From Candidatus Woesearchaeota archaeon (GTDB lineage Archaea > Nanobdellota > Nanobdellia > Woesearchaeales > WJKL01): a DNA stretch of 57,210 bases. The DNA lies in NCBI GenBank assembly GCA_019322535.1, contig JAHWIM010000062.1:1-57210 (forward strand). Direction: 5' to 3'. The notes under the pieces are model-generated. The model searched no databases and had not been told where the DNA came from. It was given only the letters and a program-made list of their open reading frames with translations. This document shows positions 28,140-39,000 of this stretch, one piece after another; within the stretch, counting starts at the first letter, position 1, and the number at the start of each line of letters is the position of its first letter. Made by a program: the position numbers and the translations under genes.

Positions 28140-31100
28140 CTAAATTACATCTGTTGATAATCTATCTGCAAGATCAGCTGAACTTATTGCTCTTGCATTT
28201 GCCATTCCTCCTTCAGGAGACACATAATATTGCCAAGCACTTTCTTCTATTTTTGTATAATCTACTCCTGCTGAAATTATGACTGTTCCAATATCATAAT
28301 TGTTTAACTTAGCTTCATCTGGTAGATTTTCTTTTGTAACAATAATTTTACCTTTTTCTTTTTCAGGCGGTGGATAACACTTCTTATCTTCCTTACAATA
28401 TTTCTTTGTGCAGTTGTCATCTAGTTTTCCATCCCAATCACAGTCACAATCTTTTAGATTTAGTTTATTTGGTGCAAAACATCTTGGATAAGTAAAGCAT
28501 TCGTCTTCATCACAGTAGAATTTAGTAGTAGCATCACAATCCTCTTCATCTATGTCTCCATCTCCGTCACAATCACATGGTGCTTCTAGATTTTTATATA
28601 AACCTCCTTGTCGGCAGGCTATATCTTCAGCTTTTGTCCATGGTTTTACTTTTAGTGTGATAGATTTTCTTTGTGGATTGTTTTGATAAGTAATAATATC
28701 TTGGCTTCTTGATTCTGAGCAGCTGCCTTGAGATCTGTTTCCAGGAGCATGTCTTAATTCAAGCTGTAATCTCCAATCTTCTGGTTTATCTGTTGATATA
28801 ATTCTTGGTTCTGTAATAGTAAATTTATATTCTCTACATGGTGTAATTTTTTCATCATTTATAGTACATGTTGATTTTTCTGGAACCATTGGTTGTTGTG
28901 TAAATTCAAAGATCATTCCTTGATTTCCTATTGGAACTGGCGCATTTTTCCCCCATGTCTGCCATTCTGTTGTTCCTTCATGTAAATATTTATCACCTTT
29001 TTGATCTGGTTTTTCTGAAGTATCTTGGACATATATTGAAACAGTTTCTCTATTTGTTACTGTGCCTTCTTGTATTAGTTTTGCATATGAGCCAGATGTA
29101 GGATCAACAGTCCATGTAGCTGGTGTTTTTGCAAAGTCTGATTTTGTTATTGTTCTTCCTCCTCCTAATACATCTAATTCATTCAGTCCTTGAACTAGGA
29201 TTGTTCTAGTTGGGTCATCTTCTGCTGGCTTTAAATCAATAAATCTTCCTTCTCTTTCTAACAGTTTTTCACCTTTCTTATTATAGAGCTGCATGAATAG
29301 ACATTGTTTTTGACCTTGGACAAACACTTCAAATGGATTTAACTTAATTGTATCTTCTACATAATAGACTTGTTCATCGCAATGAACATTATTACATTTT
29401 ACATTACCAAAATATGCTCTTCCTCTTAGATTCCAAAGCAGTCTTCCTTGGTCGCATCTGAAATAACCTTGAGTTTGGTCAAATCTGCAAGCAACAATAT
29501 CATAAGTTGTTGCATCTGAAATTGGAGCGTAGAAAACACCCATTCTTTTGCCAACTAAATGTCCTGGTGGAATACATTGCGATGCAACAGTTGGATTATT
29601 AATGTAAAGTGTAATTTTAACATTATCATATCTTTGAAGTCCTGTCTGCACTGTATGGACTGATCTTGATTCATAACTGCTTTGTTTTAATCCTCTTCCT
29701 GTGTATATAACTCTTGAAGGTCCTGGAGCTTCTTGATTAACTCTAGAAATGCCTACATATGCATCAGAAGTGCAGTCACATCCTGAAGGAGAGTTATCAT
29801 TTTCATCTGCATTTTGGCTTTTTGCTCGTTCACATGCTACTCCATCATAATTATAGAGTTCATAATCTGATACACAAGAAAGACTTACTGTATATCTATC
29901 TATATCGCAGCCAGGTGTTATCATCCAAGCTACTCTATATTCATATGTTGCTTCTTCAGTATCTGGATCCCAAGTCAAATATTCTCTATCTGCTGGCCAT
30001 GCATTTACAGAAGAATGCATTGGTTGTGAATATGCTGCATCAATAAATCCTTCTAAGTTAAACCCCCAATCTCCTGTTAATGCTCCTAAACAAACTTTTT
30101 CTGCAATTGCTCCTTCTCCTACCCCGATATAGTTACGCAAAGCAGCATTATTATAATCATCTAGCAGGGCGTCTGTTGCTTCTTGTACTCCTCCAAAGAT
30201 TGCATCTGCTCCTCCTCTTAATTTATTTCCTAGTTCTGGGCTTTTACCAGCTCCTGACCAAGGAGTACATCCATTTGTTAAACGAGTAATACCCCTATAA
30301 ATCCATTTACAGATATATTGCGTGAATACTTCTTTGCAAAAGCCTGTATCTGCCATTCCTGTTGTTTTAATTTGCTGCAGACAGTTGACTAATCCTGAAA
30401 TGAAATTTTTTGCTGCAACTAATCTATTTCTTATTTGAGGTACACAAACACATTGGAATGCTGGCCATGCGTCTCCTGTATTTAAATAAGGCTCATCTTT
30501 ATTCAGCCAGCTGTCTTGTCCAAAGCAAGCTGGTTTATCTCTTCCTTCATAATATTTATATGGATCATAATAATATCCTAATCTTTGGTATCTATAACTC
30601 CATCCTTTTTCATCAGTTGGTGGTTCTTTTATTGTACCTTGTCTATCAAGACAATAGCAGATAGGTCCTTCTTTTGGACAGTCTGCATCTTGCTGTAGTG
30701 CGCTAAACACTCTATCTGTTGTACCTTTTTTCTGCAATTCTTGTTTGAGTTCAAAAGAAGTTAGACATTTTCCATCTTGGTATTTCTTTTTTACGCAGAG
30801 GTCTTTGCATTTTTTAGTTTTCTCTTTTTTAAGGAATACATTTTTGCCTGATGTTGTTACTTTTAATGTTTCTGGTGTGTCTCCTGGTGGTATTGAACTA
30901 CTTACTCCTCCAACTCGTTTAAGAGTAGCATCGTCCCCTGCACCTGTATCATGAGCATAAACAGCTCCTTTATACACCCAGCACTCAGGATAAGGTCCTC
31001 CTTTAAATTTACAATTTTCTGCAGGAAATGATCTTAGTATTATTCCTTGTGTGCTTGTTATTTCACTGCAGCCAGCTGCTTTTTGAATTTTTAGTCTTAT

Positions 31101-33305
31101 TGTTTCAAAAGTTGCGTTCCCTGTCCATTCTGCAGGAGAACTTCTGCATAAGAACCTATCACAAATCCACCTATAAGAATTGTAGACACTTGCTTCTTTT
31201 TTCCACGCAGCGTATGTTTTTGGACATAGTGTGAATAAATTATATATTTCTGAGAGAGTATTTTCTTTTGTAAAATTAGTTGGTAAATCATTTTGTTTTA
31301 ATTCTTTTAATTGTTTTTCATATTTTTTCTTTAATGCATCTGTATTTTGTTGTTGAAGAAGACTTAGTATACCTGTTGGCATTTCTTTTTCAGCTACTTT
31401 TTCAAATCCTTCTTTTGCAATATCTTCTGCTTTTTCTTGGGTAATTTTTTTAATTTCTTCTTCAAATAATTTTTTAAAATCACTAGTTCCTACTTTTGGA
31501 CAAGGAGCTGGTTTTGTCATTGTTGCTCCTGGTGTTTTTGAAATAATTTGATCTTCAATGTGTTCAAAGTTAGCAACCCATCTTCTGTGGATTGTTGTTA
31601 TGAGTCTTACTCCAAACATTATTGCGCAAGCTCCTCCAATATATTTCATTACTTCATCAAGTGCTTCTATTGCTTTATCTAAGTTAGTTATTGTTTCATT
31701 TAGAAATTCTGCTCCATCATCTAAGAGCCAGTCAGGAAGAACATCTCTTGGATCTATTCTACTAGTGTCAACATGCATTGCAATATCCATACATTTTGTT
31801 TGGAAATCACGGATCTCTTCATACTTTCCTGTATTTGGATTTAGAATCTTATGAGTGTATTCAACTTTAACTTTTAAAGGAAATTTGAATTGTTTTGTAA
31901 GGTCTTCCCATAGATCATCTGAAAAATCATTTAGTCCTTCTAATTTTTTAAGATTATATCTGATGTACCATAGTGTTTTTGCATCATTTGGTTTTTTAAT
32001 TGTAGGAGAATGAGGTAAAATTTTGCAACTGTACTTATACAGGTTATCATCCTGCATTGATTCTGCTTCGCAGGCTCTTTCAAACCTTACATCTCTTATA
32101 ATAGGTTCTTTGCCTAATCCTTGATAACTTATATTTAATATAAAAGACATAATTTCTGTGCCTTCTTCTAATCTTTCAGGAGACATTGAAGTAGGAGATT
32201 GGTATTCAATCATATTTATTACATTCCAGCTAGCTTCTCCACTATAGCAAGTTCCAATTCTATAGTTTAAAGAAAGCTCTGTAGAAAGACCCATTCTGTC
32301 AATTGCAACTAAAACAAGATTTAGTGAAATTTCTTCTTGCGGTCTTTGCGGCTGAGGCAGTGCTTCTTCTAAACCTGGTGGAACTTGAGTTGGCTGCGTT
32401 CCTGTTCCGCCAACAGTTAAGAAACCAGGAATTATAGTTGTACCAACTAAATCAACATCATCTAATTTAAAATTGCCATTTTCATCTGCATTTGTTGAAG
32501 CTAATTTTTCTCTTTTTGTTGTTACATTTCCTGTTATTGGGTCTACTTCTCTTGTTTCAAGATATAATTCAATTTTAGCAAATGGCTCTGTAGCTCCTTC
32601 TATATCTGTTTGAGTGTCTGTTTCATAAAAGAAAGAACCGCTTGATGGAGTAAGGTTTTCTATTGTTGGAGGCTCTGTATCCAAATATGTTTTAGTTTTA
32701 AACTTATCTGTATTGTTTGCTTTATCTTTTGCAATTATTTCTATGAGGTTAATTCCTTCTGCTAATGCTATTGTTTGGTTAATAGAAGTAACATTTTCTG
32801 CAGAATAAACAGTGTTATTTTGATCAAGTATTATATCTAATTTAACTGCTTCTGAAACAGTTCCTCTAACCAGCCAAGTTGAGATGTTTGTCAGATCTGG
32901 AAATTTTGTTAAAATATTAAGTTCTGGCTTTGTTAAATCAACAACAACTGTGAATTCTTTAAAATTAATATTATCAGCAGGGTCTACTGATTCTAACTTA
33001 ATTGTATTTGCTGGAACTAATGAACTTAAATCAACAGAAGGAAAGTTAAATGTTCCTTGCATATTTGGAGTTGATTTTCTCTGCTTAACTCCATTAACAT
33101 AAAGATAGACTGTTGACATTGGTTCTGTTGTTCCTGTAATATCTAATCTGTTTGTTGTAACAAAATAAGGAATTGTTGCATTAATGAAAGGCGGTGTTTT
33201 GTCTTCTGCTGCTGTAGTTGTTACATTTGCATCTTGTGCAACTACTGCTAAAGGCAGCAATATAATCAATTCAATCATTAATACTGATATTAGTTGTTTT
33301 GACAT
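28140..33305 (-). CDS. Giant secreted protein B2 (1721 aa): Ig-like repeats, large Cys-rich region, acidic DxDxDG Cys repeats
   Basis: Signal peptide ...LPLAVVAQD. The N-terminal ~350 aa are Cys-free, full of N-x-S/T sequons, and have D-T-x-P-P domain boundaries. About 50 Cys follow (manual count). CDCDGDGDIDEEDCD and CDCDWDGKLDDNC lie near the C-terminus. Confidence 0.9.
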   Translation of the reverse strand: MSKQLISVLMIELIILLPLAVVAQDANVTTTAAEDKTPPFINATIPYFVTTNRLDITGTTEPMSTVYLYVNGVKQRKSTPNMQGTFNFPSVDLSSLVPANTIKLESVDPADNINFKEFTVVVDLTKPELNILTKFPDLTNISTWLVRGTVSEAVKLDIILDQNNTVYSAENVTSINQTIALAEGINLIEIIAKDKANNTDKFKTKTYLDTEPPTIENLTPSSGSFFYETDTQTDIEGATEPFAKIELYLETREVDPITGNVTTKREKLASTNADENGNFKLDDVDLVGTTIIPGFLTVGGTGTQPTQVPPGLEEALPQPQRPQEEISLNLVLVAIDRMGLSTELSLNYRIGTCYSGEASWNVINMIEYQSPTSMSPERLEEGTEIMSFILNISYQGLGKEPIIRDVRFERACEAESMQDDNLYKYSCKILPHSPTIKKPNDAKTLWYIRYNLKKLEGLNDFSDDLWEDLTKQFKFPLKVKVEYTHKILNPNTGKYEEIRDFQTKCMDIAMHVDTSRIDPRDVLPDWLLDDGAEFLNETITNLDKAIEALDEVMKYIGGACAIMFGVRLITTIHRRWVANFEHIEDQIISKTPGATMTKPAPCPKVGTSDFKKLFEEEIKKITQEKAEDIAKEGFEKVAEKEMPTGILSLLQQQNTDALKKKYEKQLKELKQNDLPTNFTKENTLSEIYNLFTLCPKTYAAWKKEASVYNSYRWICDRFLCRSSPAEWTGNATFETIRLKIQKAAGCSEITSTQGIILRSFPAENCKFKGGPYPECWVYKGAVYAHDTGAGDDATLKRVGGVSSSIPPGDTPETLKVTTSGKNVFLKKEKTKKCKDLCVKKKYQDGKCLTSFELKQELQKKGTTDRVFSALQQDADCPKEGPICYCLDRQGTIKEPPTDEKGWSYRYQRLGYYYDPYKYYEGRDKPACFGQDSWLNKDEPYLNTGDAWPAFQCVCVPQIRNRLVAAKNFISGLVNCLQQIKTTGMADTGFCKEVFTQYICKWIYRGITRLTNGCTPWSGAGKSPELGNKLRGGADAIFGGVQEATDALLDDYNNAALRNYIGVGEGAIAEKVCLGALTGDWGFNLEGFIDAAYSQPMHSSVNAWPADREYLTWDPDTEEATYEYRVAWMITPGCDIDRYTVSLSCVSDYELYNYDGVACERAKSQNADENDNSPSGCDCTSDAYVGISRVNQEAPGPSRVIYTGRGLKQSSYESRSVHTVQTGLQRYDNVKITLYINNPTVASQCIPPGHLVGKRMGVFYAPISDATTYDIVACRFDQTQGYFRCDQGRLLWNLRGRAYFGNVKCNNVHCDEQVYYVEDTIKLNPFEVFVQGQKQCLFMQLYNKKGEKLLEREGRFIDLKPAEDDPTRTILVQGLNELDVLGGGRTITKSDFAKTPATWTVDPTSGSYAKLIQEGTVTNRETVSIYVQDTSEKPDQKGDKYLHEGTTEWQTWGKNAPVPIGNQGMIFEFTQQPMVPEKSTCTINDEKITPCREYKFTITEPRIISTDKPEDWRLQLELRHAPGNRSQGSCSESRSQDIITYQNNPQRKSITLKVKPWTKAEDIACRQGGLYKNLEAPCDCDGDGDIDEEDCDATTKFYCDEDECFTYPRCFAPNKLNLKDCDCDWDGKLDDNCTKKYCKEDKKCYPPPEKEKGKIIVTKENLPDEAKLNNYDIGTVIISAGVDYTKIEESAWQYYVSPEGGMANARAISSADLADRLSTDVI

Positions 33306-33306
33306 T

Positions 33307-35211
33307 TTATGTTATTATTTCTGGTTCTGGTATACTATATTGTTGAGTAAGCTGGTCTAGTTTTGTAATTACTTCAATTGCTTGTTCTGGAGACCTTTCT
33401 GGGTCTATATATGGTCTTTCTAAAACATGGAATCTTATTTCTTTTGCATATTTTAGTTTTTCCCAGTCAGCAGTCCAATTGCCTTGATAACCTCCTCTTA
33501 TTGTTACATCGTCTGATAAATATATTGTAATATTATAATTGTAATTCCATTTTGCTAACAGTTTAAGTGTGCTTGGACTTTCTGCATCTGAATAATATGA
33601 TGCATCGCTTTCAAAATCTCCTCTTTTGATAGTTATTAAGGCACTATTTTCTTCATCTAGCTCTAATGGCTCTGCTGGAGAGAATTCATAATGCTTGACA
33701 ACAGTAACAGGTATTTCAATAACTGGAGTTAAATAGAGATCAACTGATTTTTCTGTATTTGTTGTTACAAACATTTCTCTTGACTCATATCCTGGTTTTT
33801 CTCCTCTTAAAACTCCATTTGCACATTGAGGAACTTGTTCTGAAACATATGAGACAGCTCCTCTGAACTGCCATTCTGACTGTCCGATAGGACATTTCAT
33901 TCTTATACATGTAAATGAAATATTTACTCCATCTATTTCTGTTGTTAAATCTCCTGCTTCTTGTGTTGATACATTTTCAAAAGTGTGAACAGTTAATCTG
34001 TTTGTTTCTGTTTCTCTGCAGTATTCTTCTTCTTTTGCAGTTGTTTCAAATGAAAATATTGCTGATGCAAAATTAGATTTATCAGGAGCATTGTGGTTTA
34101 TTGAAACATCAAATCCAATGTTAAATACATAATCATCATGTTTTCTAGTTGCATCATCTTTTAATGTTACAAGAACAGGGTATCTTACATCGTAAGTAAA
34201 GTGCCACAGTTGTACGCATAAGACATTTAAGAAATCCTGACCTCTATTTGCATTTGATTTTAAAGTTCTGCCTTCATTTGGTCTTATATATAATTCAAAA
34301 GGCCATGATTCATCATAGCTAAAGGATACATGTGTGTCTGCATATTTTTCTTCTGTTATTGGCCAGACATAATGATTTTGTTCATATGGATATTTTTTTG
34401 GAATTGGCTCATATTTTGTCCTATCAACTGCAATTCTTGGAAGGTTTATGTATAACAAATGTTTTAGTTTATTTTCTACATCTTTTATTTGCCATGTTTT
34501 TGACCTGCAGCTAAATGCCATATCTGTATAAGGGATATCATTATCCATCGCTATCAGGTCTATTGTTCTTCTTTCTATGAACTTTGTTCTTATTTCTTCT
34601 CTTATGATCTGAGTTGCAAGCTCATACATTTTTTTGATCCTGTATGGGATTTTAACTGAGAAGTCTTCTAAAAAGAATTTCTGCTCTCTTGCTTTTAGGA
34701 TTACATCTAAAGGATAATTTACATCTACTCTGAAATCTTCTTCTCCTAAATCTATATCAACTGAGATGTCTCCAAGTTCTGTTATGTTGAATGTTTTGTT
34801 GAAAGGCTCAAATCCTTGCAGGCAGATAGGAAGATTATCATGCACATATGTTTCTAATTCCAATATTACATAATTTAAAGGAGGTATTCTTGTTTGCCCT
34901 CTGTAGAACCATAAAACTGTTTTAACTGGAGATATAGGAAATGGCGGAAGATAAGCATTTGCTTCTGTTTCTATTTCATCTGGTATATCAATAAAACCAC
35001 CATTTGCTCCTAATATGTTTGCTCCATCTCTTGATATTGTTTCAACACAGTCTAGGATGAATTGATTTACTGGAACAATTTCTGGTGGAACAAGTACTGT
35101 TGGCTTGAAAACAGAAACTTCTTGCCTTAGAAAGAAGAATAAAGCTGCTGAAAGCAATAGAATTATTCCTAGAATGATGAATACAGTTATTTGTCCTCTT
35201 TTTTTAAACAT
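33307..35211 (-). CDS. Large protein A2 (634 aa) with a class III (type IV pilin-like) signal peptide; paralog of A1
   Basis: N-terminus MFKKRGQITVFIILGIILLLSAALFFF. Shared blocks with A1 include CVETISRDGANILGANGGFIDIP, VNYPLDVIL and YDVRYPVLVTLKD. The C-terminus looks like a beta-sandwich. Confidence 0.88.
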   Translation of the reverse strand: MFKKRGQITVFIILGIILLLSAALFFFLRQEVSVFKPTVLVPPEIVPVNQFILDCVETISRDGANILGANGGFIDIPDEIETEANAYLPPFPISPVKTVLWFYRGQTRIPPLNYVILELETYVHDNLPICLQGFEPFNKTFNITELGDISVDIDLGEEDFRVDVNYPLDVILKAREQKFFLEDFSVKIPYRIKKMYELATQIIREEIRTKFIERRTIDLIAMDNDIPYTDMAFSCRSKTWQIKDVENKLKHLLYINLPRIAVDRTKYEPIPKKYPYEQNHYVWPITEEKYADTHVSFSYDESWPFELYIRPNEGRTLKSNANRGQDFLNVLCVQLWHFTYDVRYPVLVTLKDDATRKHDDYVFNIGFDVSINHNAPDKSNFASAIFSFETTAKEEEYCRETETNRLTVHTFENVSTQEAGDLTTEIDGVNISFTCIRMKCPIGQSEWQFRGAVSYVSEQVPQCANGVLRGEKPGYESREMFVTTNTEKSVDLYLTPVIEIPVTVVKHYEFSPAEPLELDEENSALITIKRGDFESDASYYSDAESPSTLKLLAKWNYNYNITIYLSDDVTIRGGYQGNWTADWEKLKYAKEIRFHVLERPYIDPERSPEQAIEVITKLDQLTQQYSIPEPEIIT

Positions 35212-35236
35212 TTTAATTAAAGGTTTTTTAAAATTA

Positions 35237-35275
35237 TTTTTGTGTGAAGGTTATATGTGCTCGCTTCGCTCGCGG
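35237..35275. repeat. GC-rich intergenic repeat, copy 1 (tttttgtgtgaaggttatatgtgctcgcttcgctcgcgg)
   Basis: 33/39 positions are identical to 54383..54421. It lies in the only sizeable gap (67 nt) inside the giant operon. Confidence 0.8.
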
Positions 35276-35278
35276 TTT

Positions 35279-36043
35279 TTAAGATTTTATTTTGTTTACT
35301 TCTTGAACAAAGTAGTTTCTTGCCCAAGCCATGAATATTACAAAAATGATTAGTGATACAAACGGTGCAAAAAATAATGGGATGGGAATTAATGTTAGAG
35401 TTGTGAATATTATTTGGAATGGGATATATATTAAAAGACATGGAATTAAAAGTTTAAGTATATTTTTTGTTCCAAAGGTTAAGGTTTTTCCTATTGATTC
35501 AAACACTTTGTTATGTTTTGTAAAGAATATGTAATTAATAGATAAGTAATAAGCTACTGCCAGGAGAAAAATATAAAATATGTGTCTGAAAGCAACTAAT
35601 TCTTTTAGAACACTTCCTACTGTCATGAGAAATGTTAATATTATTATTATAACTATAGATAAGAATAGATTTAGCAAGAAGAATTTTTTAAAATATTGTT
35701 TTGTGAATTTCTTTTTGAGAATAGTGCAGTATATTAAGCCTTTGCTTAGAGACCAGATTGCTATCATTACAATAAATACTAATATAACTGAGATTCCTAT
35801 TGAGATAACTAGATCTTGAAGCTGTGCTGTTATTGGCTGAAGCTGTTCTTGTGTCATTGAAAGCAAATCACCTTCTGGCATGTTTATTACAGCCATTTTT
35901 TTTTCTAAGAATGAACCTACTCCTTTTAATGTTAAGATAGCTACTGCAAAGAATAGCAAGTCAAATAACATAATGTAAATCCAAGTAATCTTTGGCTTGA
36001 AAGAGTCTTTGAAATCTTTTAATTTTTTCATTTTAGATGTCAT
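35279..36043 (-). CDS. Polytopic membrane protein E1 (paralog of 27324..28133)
   Basis: 254 aa with the same TM/loop layout as E2. The start is either the ATG at 36043 (11-nt overlap with gene D) or the ATG at 36031. Confidence 0.75.
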   Translation of the reverse strand: MTSKMKKLKDFKDSFKPKITWIYIMLFDLLFFAVAILTLKGVGSFLEKKMAVINMPEGDLLSMTQEQLQPITAQLQDLVISIGISVILVFIVMIAIWSLSKGLIYCTILKKKFTKQYFKKFFLLNLFLSIVIIIILTFLMTVGSVLKELVAFRHIFYIFLLAVAYYLSINYIFFTKHNKVFESIGKTLTFGTKNILKLLIPCLLIYIPFQIIFTTLTLIPIPLFFAPFVSLIIFVIFMAWARNYFVQEVNKIKS

Positions 36044-39000
36044 TTATTGTGATATCGTCGTCTTCGTCTCCTGTTCCTCCACCACCTGATGATCCACTAC
36101 TTAGATAATTATCATAGCTATCATCTGCTTCTACTATGCTGTTGCAAAGTTCATTTTTTGGTTTTCTTGCCCCACTTCTCCATGCCATTCCTACTTGTAG
36201 TCCGTGTTTAAACCTTATGCATGCTTGTAAGTATTCCTTTGTACTGTATTGCACTATAGCATTTGCTCCTGATCCATAAAAGGCTTCTCCGTCGCCAGAG
36301 GCATATCCTTCTAGCTCTATATTCTCGCTGTAAATTTCTTGGTCTTTATAGTCGTCGCTTGTTAAATATACATTGAACTCGTTATCCTCATAAGTTGCTT
36401 TTGCGAAAAATGTTATTTTATAGAAATATTCTATTGATCCATTTGGAAGAGTTATTGCTGAGCTTCTTTCTCCTTCAATATGTGCTAATTCTACTATCTG
36501 TCCCTCTGGAGTCACATAATAAAGTGACTCATCGCCAACATCGTTTTCAAAATCATGGTGACATATTAAACTTGCCCAGTAATCTGTTCCTCCAAATACT
36601 ACATTATCAAAGAGTTGATCTGCAGCATGTTTCCATGCATCAGTTTCTTCTTCACCAAACAAGTGAGGTGAATAATAACTTAAACCTTGGAATTCTGTCA
36701 AATATTTCTCCATTGTTGCAAAATTAACTGCTCTGATTTCTGATCTTGCTCTTGATTCTACTTCATCTAATATTTCTTCTGGTTCATCAGCTCGACCTGA
36801 TGCAGCACTTATTATATCATTTATCTTACCTGTTTTTACAATATCTGCCTCACCAGAGTCCATAATTTGTTGAATTTGATTTCTTTCATCTGCTGTTAGT
36901 GTTGGTTCATATTCATTTGCCCTTATTACTGCTCTGTCATATTCTGACAGTTTTGCCCACGCTTCTGCTTGTGCTTTTTCATCGCCAGGAAACTCAGCTT
37001 CAAGAGCTGCACCATAAGTATAATCTGGTCGACCTGGCATTTCTCCCATTTCCCCTTGAAGCTTTTCTAATATTTCATCTCTATTTTTAATTCTACCTTC
37101 ACTATCGAGTTGAATTATACCTTCTGGATTATCTTCAGATTTTAAAAGATCAGATACTCTAGGATCTATAAAAGCATATGAATTAATTCTTCCATCTTTA
37201 TAATTACTTACAAACGCATATTTTTGACCTGTTACTGGATCAATTGCCCAGTCTTTAAATGTGGCATCTTTCCATCCAACGCCTTCACGTGCACTGGGCC
37301 TTAATTGGCTGTCTGTTGTATCCAGAAGCTCAGTTTTTACAATTATGCCTTTTGCTTTAAGTGTTTTTGAATATTCTTCTATAATTTCTGATGATAACCA
37401 ATGTGTTTCGCCATCTTTACCAATATACCAGTGAACATATTCACGGTTTTGTCCTCCTACTGAGATTACAGCGCCTTTTGCGTCTTGTCCACGGGTTACA
37501 ACTCTTCCAAATGTTGGTTCTCCTTCTGGGTCTAGTGGATTTGTTATAAGGTTTGTAGCAACTACTTCATAATTAATCTTATTTTTTTCGTCATCATATT
37601 CACGTACACCAATTATAGGTTTACCATCTACAGTAACTGCATCAAAGGTTTGATCTCCTACTTTTATAGATGTTGTTCCTTCATCAATATCTTCTGCTTT
37701 ATGACGAGCAAGCTCTGCTTTAATATCTCTTAAAGCCTCAGCAGTTACATCTTTTATTATTTCCCTTTCTTCTAGCTTTCCTTCTTCATCTTTGGTTAGG
37801 ATAGATACAGATGTTTTTGAAACTTCTTTGGCTCGTTTTCCTGCTTTTGTTTCTGTTGTTTCCTTAAAAATCATTGAACCTGTTGTTGTTGTTTTGACTA
37901 TGTTTCCTGTTATTAGTGTTTGAGTGGCTGAATCATATAATTTTCCATCTTTATCTGCATAGACAGCAATACCATCATATTGCAAGTCTTTTTGTAATGT
38001 AAACGTTCCTTTTTCTGTTGTAAGTGTCTCAAGTGGTTTTCTTTCTGTTACTGTAGTGCCATCACGACTAAGAGTTACTACATAATTATTCTTATCAAAA
38101 AATTTACCGTTCTTAAATGTTAATTGATCATCTTCATGGTCTTTGTTATAAAATTCTAGCATTTTCCCTTGTGCTCCACCGACTGCTTCTGTAGTTGTTT
38201 TTGGATCAGTTGTTTGTGCCCATTTTTTAGTATCTTTATTATATGCATATGTTGGACCTGTTTCTTGTCCTTTTTTTACATAAAGTCCCTCTCCTTTGTA
38301 CACATATCCGTCTGTTTCTGCAACAGCTATGCCTTGTAATTGGGTTTTGATGTCTTCTAATATTTTTTTTCTTGTTGGATTTGTTTCAGCAGCAATATCT
38401 TCTCTAAGCTTATCAATATTTGTACCAGTGTCTTTAGAATATAATTGTACAACCTCATCCATTCGTTCAGGCTTAAGAAGCACTGCTTCTATTCCTTCAT
38501 CATAGTCATCTATTTTTTTAAGTCGAAAAGTATCAATTACACCAGCCTGTGCAGTCTGAGCTGACGCTAGACTTTGTTTAGCAGTGTTAACCTTTTCTTG
38601 TTCTGCTTTAATTTTGGCTTTCAAATCTTCAACTTTTTTTCTTCTATCTTCAACATCTTTTTCTGTGACGTCGGGTGTGTTTACTAATTTTTCTTCTGCT
38701 ATTAACATAGATTGTTCAAATTTAAGGTCTGCTTCAAGCGCTGCAATGTTTGTTTCTCCTTCTACTTTTTCTAAGTTTTCTTTTGCTGTCTGGACTGCTG
38801 TCTGAGCTTTTTGTATTACTTCTGCTTCTGGGTCTGTTAATTCTTTTGCTAATTCTTCTGATATTAATTTAGCTTTAACTAAGTTTTGTACTGTTTCTGT
38901 TGCTGCAGCTCTTGCTGCTGCTTCTTCTTCTGCTTTTTTTGCTGCTGCTGCCTCTTCTGCTTTTTTTGCTGCTGCTGCTGCTGCTTCTGCTTCTTGAACT

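Noticed and set aside
35237-35275. Reading the GC-rich repeat as a transcription terminator hairpin or as the A2 promoter TATA box.
   Set aside because: The GCTCGC units are direct repeats, not inverted, so no stable hairpin forms. The TTATAT inside it is not at the 23-nt spacing seen at other promoters. It is retained only as an unexplained repeat.
38880-39000. A GCT/TTT-rich repetitive DNA stretch that at first looked like a microsatellite or spacer-repeat array.
   Set aside because: It lies in frame within gene D and simply encodes the Ala/Lys/Glu coiled-coil repeats. It has no CRISPR-like repeat-spacer periodicity.
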